Part shown: in pieces, positions 54,220 to 62,696 of the stretch
Position numbering within the stretch: position 1 is the first letter of the stretch
Layout of the letters: the number at the start of each line of letters is the position of its first letter
Assembly: GCA_937975765.1 (NCBI GenBank)
Contig: CALJUR010000048.1
Location: 23,538-87,537, forward strand
Direction: 5' to 3'
Length of the DNA: 64,000 bases
DNA from: an uncultured Myxococcales bacterium
GTDB lineage: Bacteria; Myxococcota_A; UBA9042; DTJE01
The notes under the pieces: model-generated
What the model was told of the DNA's origin: nothing
What the model saw: only the letters and a program-made list of their open reading frames with translations
Databases searched by the model: none
Translations under genes and position numbers: made by a program

Positions 54220-55867
54220 AACCTTTGAGCAGGGCCTTGTAGAACAGGTTGCCGATCACCTCGTACCCGGCCGGGGAGGCGTGCCGGTAGTCGCCCCAGC
54301 CCAGCCGCGGCCTGGACTTGTACCAGCGCCCCATCGCGCCGTTCCCGCCCATCGCCTTCCACGTGTCGAAGAACGCGCACCCTTCCTCGGCGGCCACCTG
54401 CCGCTGGGACTCGACGATCTTCGGGATCGTCGGCATCGTGCGCACGCCGCCGCGCGGACCCACCTCGCCCTGGTCCAGCGGCGCCATCAGCAGGCACGAC
54501 GCCTCGGGCCGGCCGGCACGCACCGCGCGGACCACCTTCGCCAGCCCCTCGCGGTACTTCTCCATGTTCATGCGCTCGTCGCCGGCCTCGTTGCCGCCGA
54601 AGGCGATCACCAGCAGGTCCGGCGACCGGTACCTGACCTGTTCACCCAGGTGCGCGGGGTCCAGGTTCAGCAGCCGGTTCGCCCGCGCGCCCACGATGCC
54701 CAGCGAGTCGTACACCACGCCCGGCCCGCCGCGCTCCATCGACACGCCGTACACCCGGGCATCACCGCCGCCCGCCACCTTCAGCGTCACCTGGTGCGGC
54801 CCGTCCGGCAGGTCCACCTTGAACCAGCGGTCCTCGGTCGCCTGGGCCTTCGTCGGTACCGCCTGCGGCGCACCCCCGTCCACGGTCACGTCGATCGTCC
54901 CGCCGTCGGGATGCGCCTGGTACCACAGTTCGAACCGCGACATCGCCAGGCCGATCGGCCCCTTGTCCACGGTACCCATCGTCGCCTTCGCCCCGCTGCC
55001 GCCGCGCTGCAGGATGCCGCCGTACCCGTACCGGCCGTCCTTCCGTTCGTCCGAGATGCACGACTGGACGTTCCAGGTCTTCGGCTGGTCCCATTCCACG
55101 TCCTTGTGCCGGTAGGGCAGCGTCCCCTTCCCGACCAGCAGGAAGCCGTGCCCCGCGTCCCCGAAGCGTTTCTGGAAGCGCCGCCGCAGCGTCCCGGTCA
55201 CGTCGTCCGCAGCGATCGTCGAATCGCCCCAGTGCGCGATGCGCGTGATCGCCCCCTCCCGCCCCTGCGCCGTTCGCGCCAGCGCCGCGTAGAACGCGTC
55301 CAGCGCGCGCCCCGACGGGTCCTCGATCTCCCGGACCAGGCCCTCGATCTCCTCGGGCGAGATCGTGATGCCGGCATGCGGCTCGGGTACGTCCGCCAGT
55401 TCGCCGTCCTCCCCTGCCGCCAGAACCTCCTTCGTCAGGTTCTTGGCCAGGTCCTTGCCCAGCGTGCCCTCTGCCGCCGCCTGCGCCTGCTCGGGCGACA
55501 TCGGCCCCTCGCCCGGTCCCCCGACCGCGTCGCCCGTCTTCAGGAACAGCAGCTTCGCCATCGGCGCCGGTTCGCCCGGCACCCACGGCCGGAAATTCTC
55601 CATCCCCGGCACCACGTAGGCCAGCAGGGCCAGGCCCACGAAGGTCCCGGCCGCGACCAGCAGGCTCTTCAGGGCCGGCCAGCGCGATCGCCAGTCGCCG
55701 TCTCCCAGGCCGGGCGCGGGCACCGGCTGGTGCAGTTCGCCCTTCGGCAGCGTGGCCTGGGCGTACTGCGCCCCGAACCCCGCCTCGCCCTGCGCTGCAT
55801 CGCGCGCCGCCTCGGTGCGGATCGTCCCGCCCTCGACCGGCACCTCCGTCCCTTCCCCGTCGCCCAT
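54161..55867 (-). CDS. membrane-anchored SGNH-hydrolase-like protein, paralogue of 52870-54219, co-oriented with the MBOAT gene
   Basis: Single TM helix (LLVAAGTFVGLALLAYVV). IAHWGDSTIAAD, GDAGHGF, IAFGGNEAGD, GDYRHAS. Starts 14 nt after the MBOAT stop. Confidence 0.7.
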   Translation of the reverse strand: MGDGEGTEVPVEGGTIRTEAARDAAQGEAGFGAQYAQATLPKGELHQPVPAPGLGDGDWRSRWPALKSLLVAAGTFVGLALLAYVVPGMENFRPWVPGEPAPMAKLLFLKTGDAVGGPGEGPMSPEQAQAAAEGTLGKDLAKNLTKEVLAAGEDGELADVPEPHAGITISPEEIEGLVREIEDPSGRALDAFYAALARTAQGREGAITRIAHWGDSTIAADDVTGTLRRRFQKRFGDAGHGFLLVGKGTLPYRHKDVEWDQPKTWNVQSCISDERKDGRYGYGGILQRGGSGAKATMGTVDKGPIGLAMSRFELWYQAHPDGGTIDVTVDGGAPQAVPTKAQATEDRWFKVDLPDGPHQVTLKVAGGGDARVYGVSMERGGPGVVYDSLGIVGARANRLLNLDPAHLGEQVRYRSPDLLVIAFGGNEAGDERMNMEKYREGLAKVVRAVRAGRPEASCLLMAPLDQGEVGPRGGVRTMPTIPKIVESQRQVAAEEGCAFFDTWKAMGGNGAMGRWYKSRPRLGWGDYRHASPAGYEVIGNLFYKALLKGFTGWLARSAAAAPAAASAP

Positions 55868-55880
55868 CGAACCGCCCCGC

Positions 55881-57302
55881 CTAGAACTGGAAGTAGATGT
55901 ACGGCACCACCTGGCTGGACGACATCTTCATCATCGCCACGCCGGCCGCCGCCAGTACCACGCCTTGCGCCGGCGCCGGCAACCCCACGAAGAAGTCGCG
56001 CGCCGTGCCCACGAACCGCTTCGGCGTCCAGTGGATCGCGAACGACACGATCAGCACCGCCCACACCATCCAGGACACCTGCGCCATCGACGTCGTCCCC
56101 TTGAACAACTGGGCGGTCACCGCCCCCGCCGCCGGCAGCGTCGGCGCCCGGAACAGGATCCTCGACAGCACCACGAAGTGGAACGTGCCGAAGATCTTCA
56201 GCACCGTCATCCACGGAGCGTCGCGGGTCTGCGCCGTCCGCCCCGACCGCTTGTAGAAGAACCGGTGCACGACCATCGCGCCGCCGTGCAGCGCCCCGTA
56301 GATCACGAAATTCCAGGACGCGCCGTGCCAGATGCCGATCAGGAACAGCGTCAGCCACAGGTTGAAGTAGGTCCGGGCCGGCGAGCACTTCGACCCGCCC
56401 AGCGGGAAGTAGACGTAGTCGCGCAGCCACGACGACAGGGTCATGTGCCAGCGCCGCCAGAAGGCCGCTGGGCTGGTGGACAGGTACGGCCGGTCGAAGT
56501 TCTCGGGCAGCGTGTAGCCCATCAGCATCGCCGAGCCGCGCGCGACGTCGGTGTATCCCGAGAAGTCGCAGTAGACCTGCATCGTGTAGGCGTACAGCGC
56601 GACCAGGACCTCCAGCGACGTGTAGGCGCCCGGGTTGTCGAACATCCGGTCGACGAGGTTCACGGACAGGAAGTCCGCGACCACGACCTTCTTCAGCAGG
56701 CCCTTCAGGATCAGGAACAGCCCCTGGCCCACCATCTCGGCGGTCAGCGCCGGCCGCGTCAGCAGTTGCGGCAGCAGCAGGTGCCCGCGCACGATCGGCC
56801 CGGCGACCAGGTGCGGGAAGTACAGCAGGTACGTCGCGTAGTGCAGCAGCGACTGCGGAGGCGGCGCACGGCGCCGGTAGACGTCGATGACGCACGATAT
56901 CGTCTGGAACGTGTAGAACGAGATGCCGACCGGCAGCAGCACGTCCAGGTACGGACGCGGCACCGACAGGCCCAGCAGTCCCAGCGTGTCCGCCGCGGCG
57001 CCGACGAAGAAGTTGAAGTACTTGAACAGGCCCAGCGCGCCCAGGTTCCACGCCAGCGACAGGCCCACCCACGCCTTGCGGCGGCGCGGGTTCTCGGTCC
57101 CGGCGATCCCCTTCTGGGCGAAGTAGTCGATGACGATGTTCGACAGCACCAGGGCGACGTAGTACGGGTTCCACACCATGTAGAACCGGCACGACATCAG
57201 GAACAGGAACAGCAGGCGCCAGCGGTCGTGACGGATCAGCGCCCAGAATCCCGCCACCGCCACGGCGAGGAAGAGGACGTAGTCGAGGCTGTGGAACAGC
57301 AT
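55881..57302 (-). CDS. MBOAT-family membrane O-acyltransferase (AlgI/DltB/PatA-like)
   Basis: MLFHSLDYVLFLAV start, FYTFQTISCVIDVYRR, and the conserved His in LIGIWHGASWNF. Confidence 0.85.
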   Translation of the reverse strand: MLFHSLDYVLFLAVAVAGFWALIRHDRWRLLFLFLMSCRFYMVWNPYYVALVLSNIVIDYFAQKGIAGTENPRRRKAWVGLSLAWNLGALGLFKYFNFFVGAAADTLGLLGLSVPRPYLDVLLPVGISFYTFQTISCVIDVYRRRAPPPQSLLHYATYLLYFPHLVAGPIVRGHLLLPQLLTRPALTAEMVGQGLFLILKGLLKKVVVADFLSVNLVDRMFDNPGAYTSLEVLVALYAYTMQVYCDFSGYTDVARGSAMLMGYTLPENFDRPYLSTSPAAFWRRWHMTLSSWLRDYVYFPLGGSKCSPARTYFNLWLTLFLIGIWHGASWNFVIYGALHGGAMVVHRFFYKRSGRTAQTRDAPWMTVLKIFGTFHFVVLSRILFRAPTLPAAGAVTAQLFKGTTSMAQVSWMVWAVLIVSFAIHWTPKRFVGTARDFFVGLPAPAQGVVLAAAGVAMMKMSSSQVVPYIYFQF

Positions 57303-57539
57303 GGTCTCGTGCCTGGAATCTGCGGTAGGGAGAACGCCCTGCCGGCGTCGCCCGGCCCGACGCGTCCCCACCCCGAGGCGCGCGGACAGGCGCCCGATTG
57401 TAGTCGCGACTGCACGACTTTCGGCAAGAAGACGTCAACTCCTTTGTATCATTTGGCGAATCCGGGATGCGCGGGCCCGGATTCGGCGTCGCCGGCCCGG
57501 TTCGGATATCCTTCGGCGCGGGACCTGCAGGAGGCCGGG

Positions 57540-58493
57540 ATGCGGCGGACGTTCTGGATGGCGACGGCAATGGCGATGGCAGCGGCGGGGATCGGGACGG
57601 CCGGGTCCGCGGCGGCGAAGCCCGGGGACGACGAGAGGCAGGGCAACTGGTCCTTCGCGACCGACCGGCCCGTCAAGGCGGTGCTGGTCGGCGGGTCCGT
57701 GGCCGAGTTCCCGGGCGGCTTCGCCGAGCAGTTGCAGAAGGCGTGCGGCAAGGTCGAGATCGTCAACCTGGCCAAGGCGCGCCTGGGCGCGGCGGCCATC
57801 AAGAAGCGCTTCGAGATGCAGGTGCTGCAGAACCCGGCCCTGGCGAACGGCTGGGGCGGCAACGGCGAGCGATGGACGCTGGTGCTGGGCGGCCTGAACA
57901 GCGTCGGCAACCCGGAACAGACGAATGCGGACGTGCTGGGCATCTACCGGGCGGCGCACGCGGCGGGCCTGAAGGTGCTGGGCCTGACGCTGGGGCCGTG
58001 GGGCGACGAGTCCGACAAGCGCTGGGCGGGGTTCGCGGGCGTGCGGCGCCAGAACAACACGCGGCGGGCGTGCGACTTCGTGATGGGGCGGCTGGCGCCG
58101 GCGGCGGCGCTGGGGAGGAAGGCGGACGGGCAGTCGGCGTGGCGCGACGGCGACCTTCCGGACGTGTCCGTGGACCTGTACGACAGCGACCTGCGCGACC
58201 GGGGCGCCGACCTGCGGCCGGAGGGCCCTCTGGCCGCGGCCATCGACCGCGATCCCGAGGCGAAGACGGTGCTGGAGGGCGTGCCCGCGGACCGGCTGGC
58301 GGGAGAGAAGGCCCGGCTGCTGAAGCAGGCGCGCGAGATCCCGCAGTGGTACCTGCGGAAGAACCTGCGGTCGTTCGACCACATCCACCCGAACAAGGAA
58401 GGCCACCGAATCATGGCCGCGCGGATCTGCGCGAAGGCCCCGGCGTCCTGGGGTTGCGACTGCGGGCTGCTGTCCGCGACCGCGAAGCGCTGA
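57540..58493 (+). CDS. secreted SGNH/GDSL-like hydrolase
   Basis: Signal peptide MRRTFWMATAMAMAAAGIGTAGSAAA. VLVGGSVAEF (block I variant), LGGLNSV, FDHIHPNKEGH (DxxH). Confidence 0.65.
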   Translation: MRRTFWMATAMAMAAAGIGTAGSAAAKPGDDERQGNWSFATDRPVKAVLVGGSVAEFPGGFAEQLQKACGKVEIVNLAKARLGAAAIKKRFEMQVLQNPALANGWGGNGERWTLVLGGLNSVGNPEQTNADVLGIYRAAHAAGLKVLGLTLGPWGDESDKRWAGFAGVRRQNNTRRACDFVMGRLAPAAALGRKADGQSAWRDGDLPDVSVDLYDSDLRDRGADLRPEGPLAAAIDRDPEAKTVLEGVPADRLAGEKARLLKQAREIPQWYLRKNLRSFDHIHPNKEGHRIMAARICAKAPASWGCDCGLLSATAKR

Positions 58494-58499
58494 CCCGGC

Positions 58500-58526
58500 G
58501 GCGGGGGACGGGGCCCCCGCCCTACA
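58500..58526 (+). repeat. REP-like copy (perfect)
   Basis: GGCGGGGGACGGGGCCCCCGCCCTACA, 7 nt after the SGNH gene stop. Confidence 0.9.
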
Positions 58527-58611
58527 TTGCAGCCGCGTTCAGCCACGAACATGGCGCAGTGACATCACTCGCAACCTTGCCTGGGCGACCCGCATTGGCA
58601 CTGCCCGGAAC

Positions 58612-58638
58612 TGTAGGGAGGGGGACCCGTCCCCCGCC
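58612..58638 (-). repeat. REP-like copy (diverged stem)
   Basis: TGTAGGGAGGGGGACCCGTCCCCCGCC followed by TCCTCCACCCG. Confidence 0.8.
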
Positions 58639-58683
58639 TCCTCCACCCGGACACGCAACCCCGGTCGCCACCGGCTCACCCGA

Positions 58684-58710
58684 TGCAGGGCGGGGGCCCC
58701 GTCCCCCGCC
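58684..58710 (-). repeat. REP-like copy (TGCAGGG variant)
   Basis: TGCAGGGCGGGGGCCCCGTCCCCCGCC followed by TCCTCCGCCCG, the same 3' extension as the 58612 copy. Confidence 0.9.
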
Positions 58711-58826
58711 TCCTCCGCCCGATCGCCGCCTCGTGGCAAATGGACGGTCCGGATCCACCCTCCCCTACCCCTCGCCGGGATGCCACGCTATCCTTGCTGC
58801 CGTCTCCCTCCCGACCGGAGGTCCCC

Positions 58827-59963
58827 GTGGTCCTGCGCCGTCGGCTCCCCGGACCGGTCCCCGGCCTGTTCGCATGCGCGCTGGTCGCCTGCGCCCTCGC
58901 CTCGTGCGGCGGCGACGACGGCAAGGGCGGCGACGACACGGCGCCCGACGTGCAGGAGGTCGCACCCCTCGACGAGGAGGCGGCGGCGATCGACGAGGTG
59001 GTTGACGAGGTCGCGCGCGACGCCGAGCCCGCCGAGACGACCGCCGACGCCCCCGAGGACGCCGCGGCCGACACCGCGACCGAGACCGCGCCGGTGATCT
59101 CGCTCGAGTGCCAGGCCGTCACGCCCAGCCTGACCGAACCGAACACCCTGACCGTGAACGGCACCGCGCGCAAGTTCCTGCTGCTGGCCCCGGACGGCGC
59201 GACGGGTCCCGGGGGGAAGTGGCCTCTGGTCTTCCTCTGGCACGGCTTCATGGGCGCTTCCATGGGGTACGCCGCCCAGGAGGTCGCGCACGCGAAGGAC
59301 TTCCACAAGGCCGTCGGCGGGGCCGTCAACGATACCCGCATGCCGTTCCTGCTGGTCACCCCGCTGGCCGACCAGCAGGCCATGCTGGACTGGACCATCC
59401 TGGACACCTACGACGACGTCCCGAATCCCGACATCGACCTGTTCGACACCGTGCGGGCCTGCCTGGACGCGAAGTACGGCGTGGATCCGGACCACGTCCA
59501 CAGCGTCGGCTTCTCGGCGGGCGCCATCATGACGGACCTGCTGGGCGTGATGCGGGGCGACGTGCTGGCGTCCACGCTGACCTGGTCTGGCGGCTACCTG
59601 GTCAACCCGGCGAACGCCATCGAGTCGTTCCCGGTCATCTGGCCGGACCCCGTGGCTTCCGGCTATCCGCAGGTCTTCTTCCACGGCGGCGCCACCGACC
59701 AGTGGGAGGCTGGCCTCCTGTTCACCGCGCACTTCAACGAGTGGACCGAAGCCGACGTGCCCTGGCTGAACGGCCTGGGCCACGACGCGATCCTGTGCCC
59801 GCACACGCAGGGCCACACGCCGCCCTCGTCCAGGCCCATCAACGGGTACCTGCTGGACTTCTTCGCGGCGCACCCGCGCGGCACGACCACGTCGCCGTTC
59901 GCGTCGGGGCTGCCGACCTCGTTCCCGTCCACGTGCGTGTACCGCGCGAAGACCCCGAACTGA
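58827..59963 (+). CDS. alpha/beta-hydrolase esterase lipoprotein (CE1 / PHB-depolymerase-like)
   Basis: GTG start after GGAGG. Lipobox CALASCGG and an acidic linker. LVFLWHGF and the nucleophile elbow VGFSAGA. Confidence 0.6.
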   Translation: MVLRRRLPGPVPGLFACALVACALASCGGDDGKGGDDTAPDVQEVAPLDEEAAAIDEVVDEVARDAEPAETTADAPEDAAADTATETAPVISLECQAVTPSLTEPNTLTVNGTARKFLLLAPDGATGPGGKWPLVFLWHGFMGASMGYAAQEVAHAKDFHKAVGGAVNDTRMPFLLVTPLADQQAMLDWTILDTYDDVPNPDIDLFDTVRACLDAKYGVDPDHVHSVGFSAGAIMTDLLGVMRGDVLASTLTWSGGYLVNPANAIESFPVIWPDPVASGYPQVFFHGGATDQWEAGLLFTAHFNEWTEADVPWLNGLGHDAILCPHTQGHTPPSSRPINGYLLDFFAAHPRGTTTSPFASGLPTSFPSTCVYRAKTPN

Positions 59964-59997
59964 CGGCCCCGCCGGGCCGGTTGCAAGGAGGCGTTCC

Positions 59998-61017
59998 ATG
60001 AAGGTCCTGGTCACCGGAGGCGCGGGCTACATCGGCAGCCACGCGTGCGTCTGCCTGCTGCAGGCCGGCCACGACGTGACGGTCGTCGACAACCTGTGCA
60101 ACAGCAAGCCCGAGGCCCTGCGGCGCGTCCAGCAGATCGCCGGCCGCCCTCTGACCTTCCACCGCGTGGACCTGTGCGACCGGCCCGCGCTGGCCGGGGT
60201 CTTCGAGGGCGAGTCGTTCGACGCCGTCATCCACTTCGCGGGGCTGAAGGCGGTCGGCGAGTCCGTCGCCCAGCCTCTGAAGTACTTCCACAACAACCTG
60301 TCCGGCACGATCTCGCTGCTGCAGGCGATGGCCGACGCGGGCGTGAAGGACCTCGTGTTCAGTTCGTCGGCCACGGTGTACGGCGACCCGGCGACCGTGC
60401 CGATCCCGGAAACGGCCCCGCTGTCCGCGGTCAATCCCTACGGGCGCACCAAGCTGGTCATCGAGGACATGCTGCGCGACCTGCACCGCGCCGACCCGTC
60501 CTGGAACCTGCTGCTGCTGCGGTACTTCAACCCCGTCGGCGCGCACGAAAGCGGCCGCATCGGCGAGGACCCGCGCGGCATCCCGAACAACCTGCTGCCC
60601 TACGTGGCGCAGGTCGCCGTGGGACGCCTGGCCGAACTGAAGGTCTTCGGCGGCGACTACCCGACGCCCGACGGGACCGGCGTGCGCGACTACATCCACG
60701 TCGTGGACCTGGCGGAAGGGCACCTGGCCGCGCTGAACGCCCTGGCCCGCCGGCCCGGCCTGGTCGCCTACAACCTGGGCACCGGCAACGGCTGCAGCGT
60801 GCTGGAGGTCGTGAAGGCCTTCGGGACCGCCTGCGGGCGCCCGATCCCGTACCGGATCGTCGACCGCCGCCCCGGCGACGCCGCCGTCTGCTACGCCGAC
60901 TCGTCGAAGGCGAACGCCGAACTGGGCTGGCGCGCCACCCGCGGCCTGGACCTCATGTGCGCCGACGCCTGGCGCTGGCAGTCCGCCAACCCCGACGGCT
61001 ACCCCGACGACCTGTAG
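59998..61017 (+). CDS. galE: UDP-glucose 4-epimerase
   Basis: [33 protein letters not shown] (YxxxK), typical 339-aa length. Confidence 0.9.
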   Translation: MKVLVTGGAGYIGSHACVCLLQAGHDVTVVDNLCNSKPEALRRVQQIAGRPLTFHRVDLCDRPALAGVFEGESFDAVIHFAGLKAVGESVAQPLKYFHNNLSGTISLLQAMADAGVKDLVFSSSATVYGDPATVPIPETAPLSAVNPYGRTKLVIEDMLRDLHRADPSWNLLLLRYFNPVGAHESGRIGEDPRGIPNNLLPYVAQVAVGRLAELKVFGGDYPTPDGTGVRDYIHVVDLAEGHLAALNALARRPGLVAYNLGTGNGCSVLEVVKAFGTACGRPIPYRIVDRRPGDAAVCYADSSKANAELGWRATRGLDLMCADAWRWQSANPDGYPDDL

Positions 61018-61049
61018 GACGGGCTCCCTGTCCCCCCCGTCGTACCCGT

Positions 61050-61177
61050 AATTCAGGGACAGTCACCATTATTCAACAGATAACCCTTCGATTTTCCAAT
61101 ACATCGTTCATGCGTGATCTCATTACGCTGGAATATCCATGAGTTGTGCCACCAATAATGGTGACTGTCCCTGAATT
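61050..61177. mobile_element. GGGACAG-arm inverted-repeat element, copy 2 (128 bp, MITE-like)
   Basis: AATTCAGGGACAGTCACCATTATT (61050-61073) and its perfect reverse complement (61154-61177) flank an 80-bp core of about 44% GC. Confidence 0.75.
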
Positions 61178-61255
61178 GACCCTTGACCGCCCCTCCTGGG
61201 ATGCAAAGCATCCGGGCTGGCCGGGGAAACGCCCCCGGACATCAAGGAGGGAATC

Positions 61256-61888
61256 ATGACCCGTGCATCCGCTTTCACCGCCGTCGTCGTCGCCGGCGTC
61301 CTGGTCGCCGCCTGCTCCGATCCCGCGAAGGACAAGCCCAAGGCCCAGGTCGGCGCGCCCGTCGCGCAGGCCCCGGCACCCGCCGTCGATGCCATGGTCA
61401 CCTACAACGTCCTGCCCGCCACCTCGAAGATCGAGTGGACCGGGTCGAAGGTCACCGGCAAGCACGACGGCGGCTTCACGCAGTTCAAGGGCACCGTGCA
61501 GGTCCCGGCCGGCAAGGTCCAGGGCGCGCGCATCGCCGTCGAGATCCAGACCGACTCGCTGGTGTCCGAGCCCGACAAGCTGGTGACCCACCTGAAGTCG
61601 CCGGACTTCTTCGACGTCCAGAAGTTCCCGACCGCGACCTTCGAGTCCACCACCATCGACGCGGGCGACTCGCCGACCGCATTCACCATCACCGGCAACC
61701 TGACCCTGCACGGCGTGACGAAGTCGATCCAGTTCCCCGCGAAGGTGACGGCCACCGACGCGGCCCTGCAGGCCACCGCCGAGTTCGTCATCAACCGCAA
61801 GGACTTCGGGCTGGTCTATCCCGGCATGCCCGACGACCTGATCCGCGACGACGTGGTGATCCGCCTGAACCTGAACGCGCCGAAGTGA
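61256..61888 (+). CDS. yceI: YceI-family periplasmic lipoprotein
   Basis: Lipobox LVAACSD. KIEWTGSKVTGKHDGGFTQFKGTV...ATFESTTI...GNLTLHGVTKSIQFPAKV is the YceI pattern. AAGGAGGG RBS. Confidence 0.85.
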   Translation: MTRASAFTAVVVAGVLVAACSDPAKDKPKAQVGAPVAQAPAPAVDAMVTYNVLPATSKIEWTGSKVTGKHDGGFTQFKGTVQVPAGKVQGARIAVEIQTDSLVSEPDKLVTHLKSPDFFDVQKFPTATFESTTIDAGDSPTAFTITGNLTLHGVTKSIQFPAKVTATDAALQATAEFVINRKDFGLVYPGMPDDLIRDDVVIRLNLNAPK

Positions 61889-61900
61889 CCCCTTCCAAAA

Positions 61901-61941
61901 CAGGGACAGTCACCATTATTGATGTCTGAAGTCCCTGAATT
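61901..61941. repeat. collapsed GGGACAG-arm element (left arm plus 11 nt of the right arm)
   Basis: CAGGGACAGTCACCATTATT, then GATGTCTGAA, then GTCCCTGAATT, 13 nt after the yceI stop. Confidence 0.7.
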
Positions 61942-62060
61942 CCCGACCTTCCGTCCTTGCCTTCCCGCGCCCGGACGCCTATCCTTCCGTCGCGAGGGTC
62001 CCGCGAGGATCCCCAGGCGCGGGGCACGCCCCGCATGACGAACTTCCTTTGGCGGACGCC

Positions 62061-62696
62061 ATGGACGAAGGCCCGGTAACCGGTCGCAAGCATCAAGGTC
62101 ACGAAGGAACGATTCCCACTCCCGCCCGGCACGACACCCCGCTGCCTGTAACCGTCCGCGAGATGGAACTGGAGGACCTGGCCAAGGTCTACCAGCTGGG
62201 CGAACGGCTGTTCACGGCGGAACGCTGGCCGAACCTCTACCGCACGTGGGACGAGTACGAGGTCATCGAGCTGTTCGCGACGGACGGCGAGACCTGCCTG
62301 GTCGCGGAACTGGACGGCAAGGTCGTCGGGTTCGCACTGGGGACGCTGATCGAGAAGCGGCGCAGCGCCTGGACCTACGGGTACCTGCTTTGGCTGGGCG
62401 TGGACCCCGACGTCGGCCATCGCGGCGTCGCCGGCCGGCTGGTCGACCGCCTGCGCGAACTGTTCATCGAGCAGGGCGCGCGGATGATCCTGGTCGATAC
62501 CGCCGCCGAGAACCACGACGCGATCTCGTTCTTCCAGGGCCAGGGGTTCGGCAATGAAACCGCCCACGTGTACCTGGAACAGAACCTGACGTCGCACCCC
62601 GCGTACGTCCGGAAACGGTCCAAGCGCCGCCTGGGCACGAACCGGTCGCACCCCAAGCCGAAGCCGGCCGCGGTGGGGCCGCACGGGGAGGACTGA
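62061..62696 (+). CDS. GNAT-family N-acetyltransferase
   Basis: VGFALGT...LWLGVDPDVGHRGVAGRLVDRL (acetyl-CoA Q/RxxGxG/A motif). The start is uncertain (ATG 62061 or 62163). Basic C-terminal tail. Confidence 0.65.
   Translation: MDEGPVTGRKHQGHEGTIPTPARHDTPLPVTVREMELEDLAKVYQLGERLFTAERWPNLYRTWDEYEVIELFATDGETCLVAELDGKVVGFALGTLIEKRRSAWTYGYLLWLGVDPDVGHRGVAGRLVDRLRELFIEQGARMILVDTAAENHDAISFFQGQGFGNETAHVYLEQNLTSHPAYVRKRSKRRLGTNRSHPKPKPAAVGPHGED

Noticed and set aside
61050-61941. Integron attC sites flanking a yceI cassette
   Set aside because: The arm ends lack the RYYYAAC/GTTRRRY core sites. There is no intI gene or attI site in the window. The arms are perfect palindromes rather than the bulged imperfect attC structure. 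It is kept only as a loose analogy.
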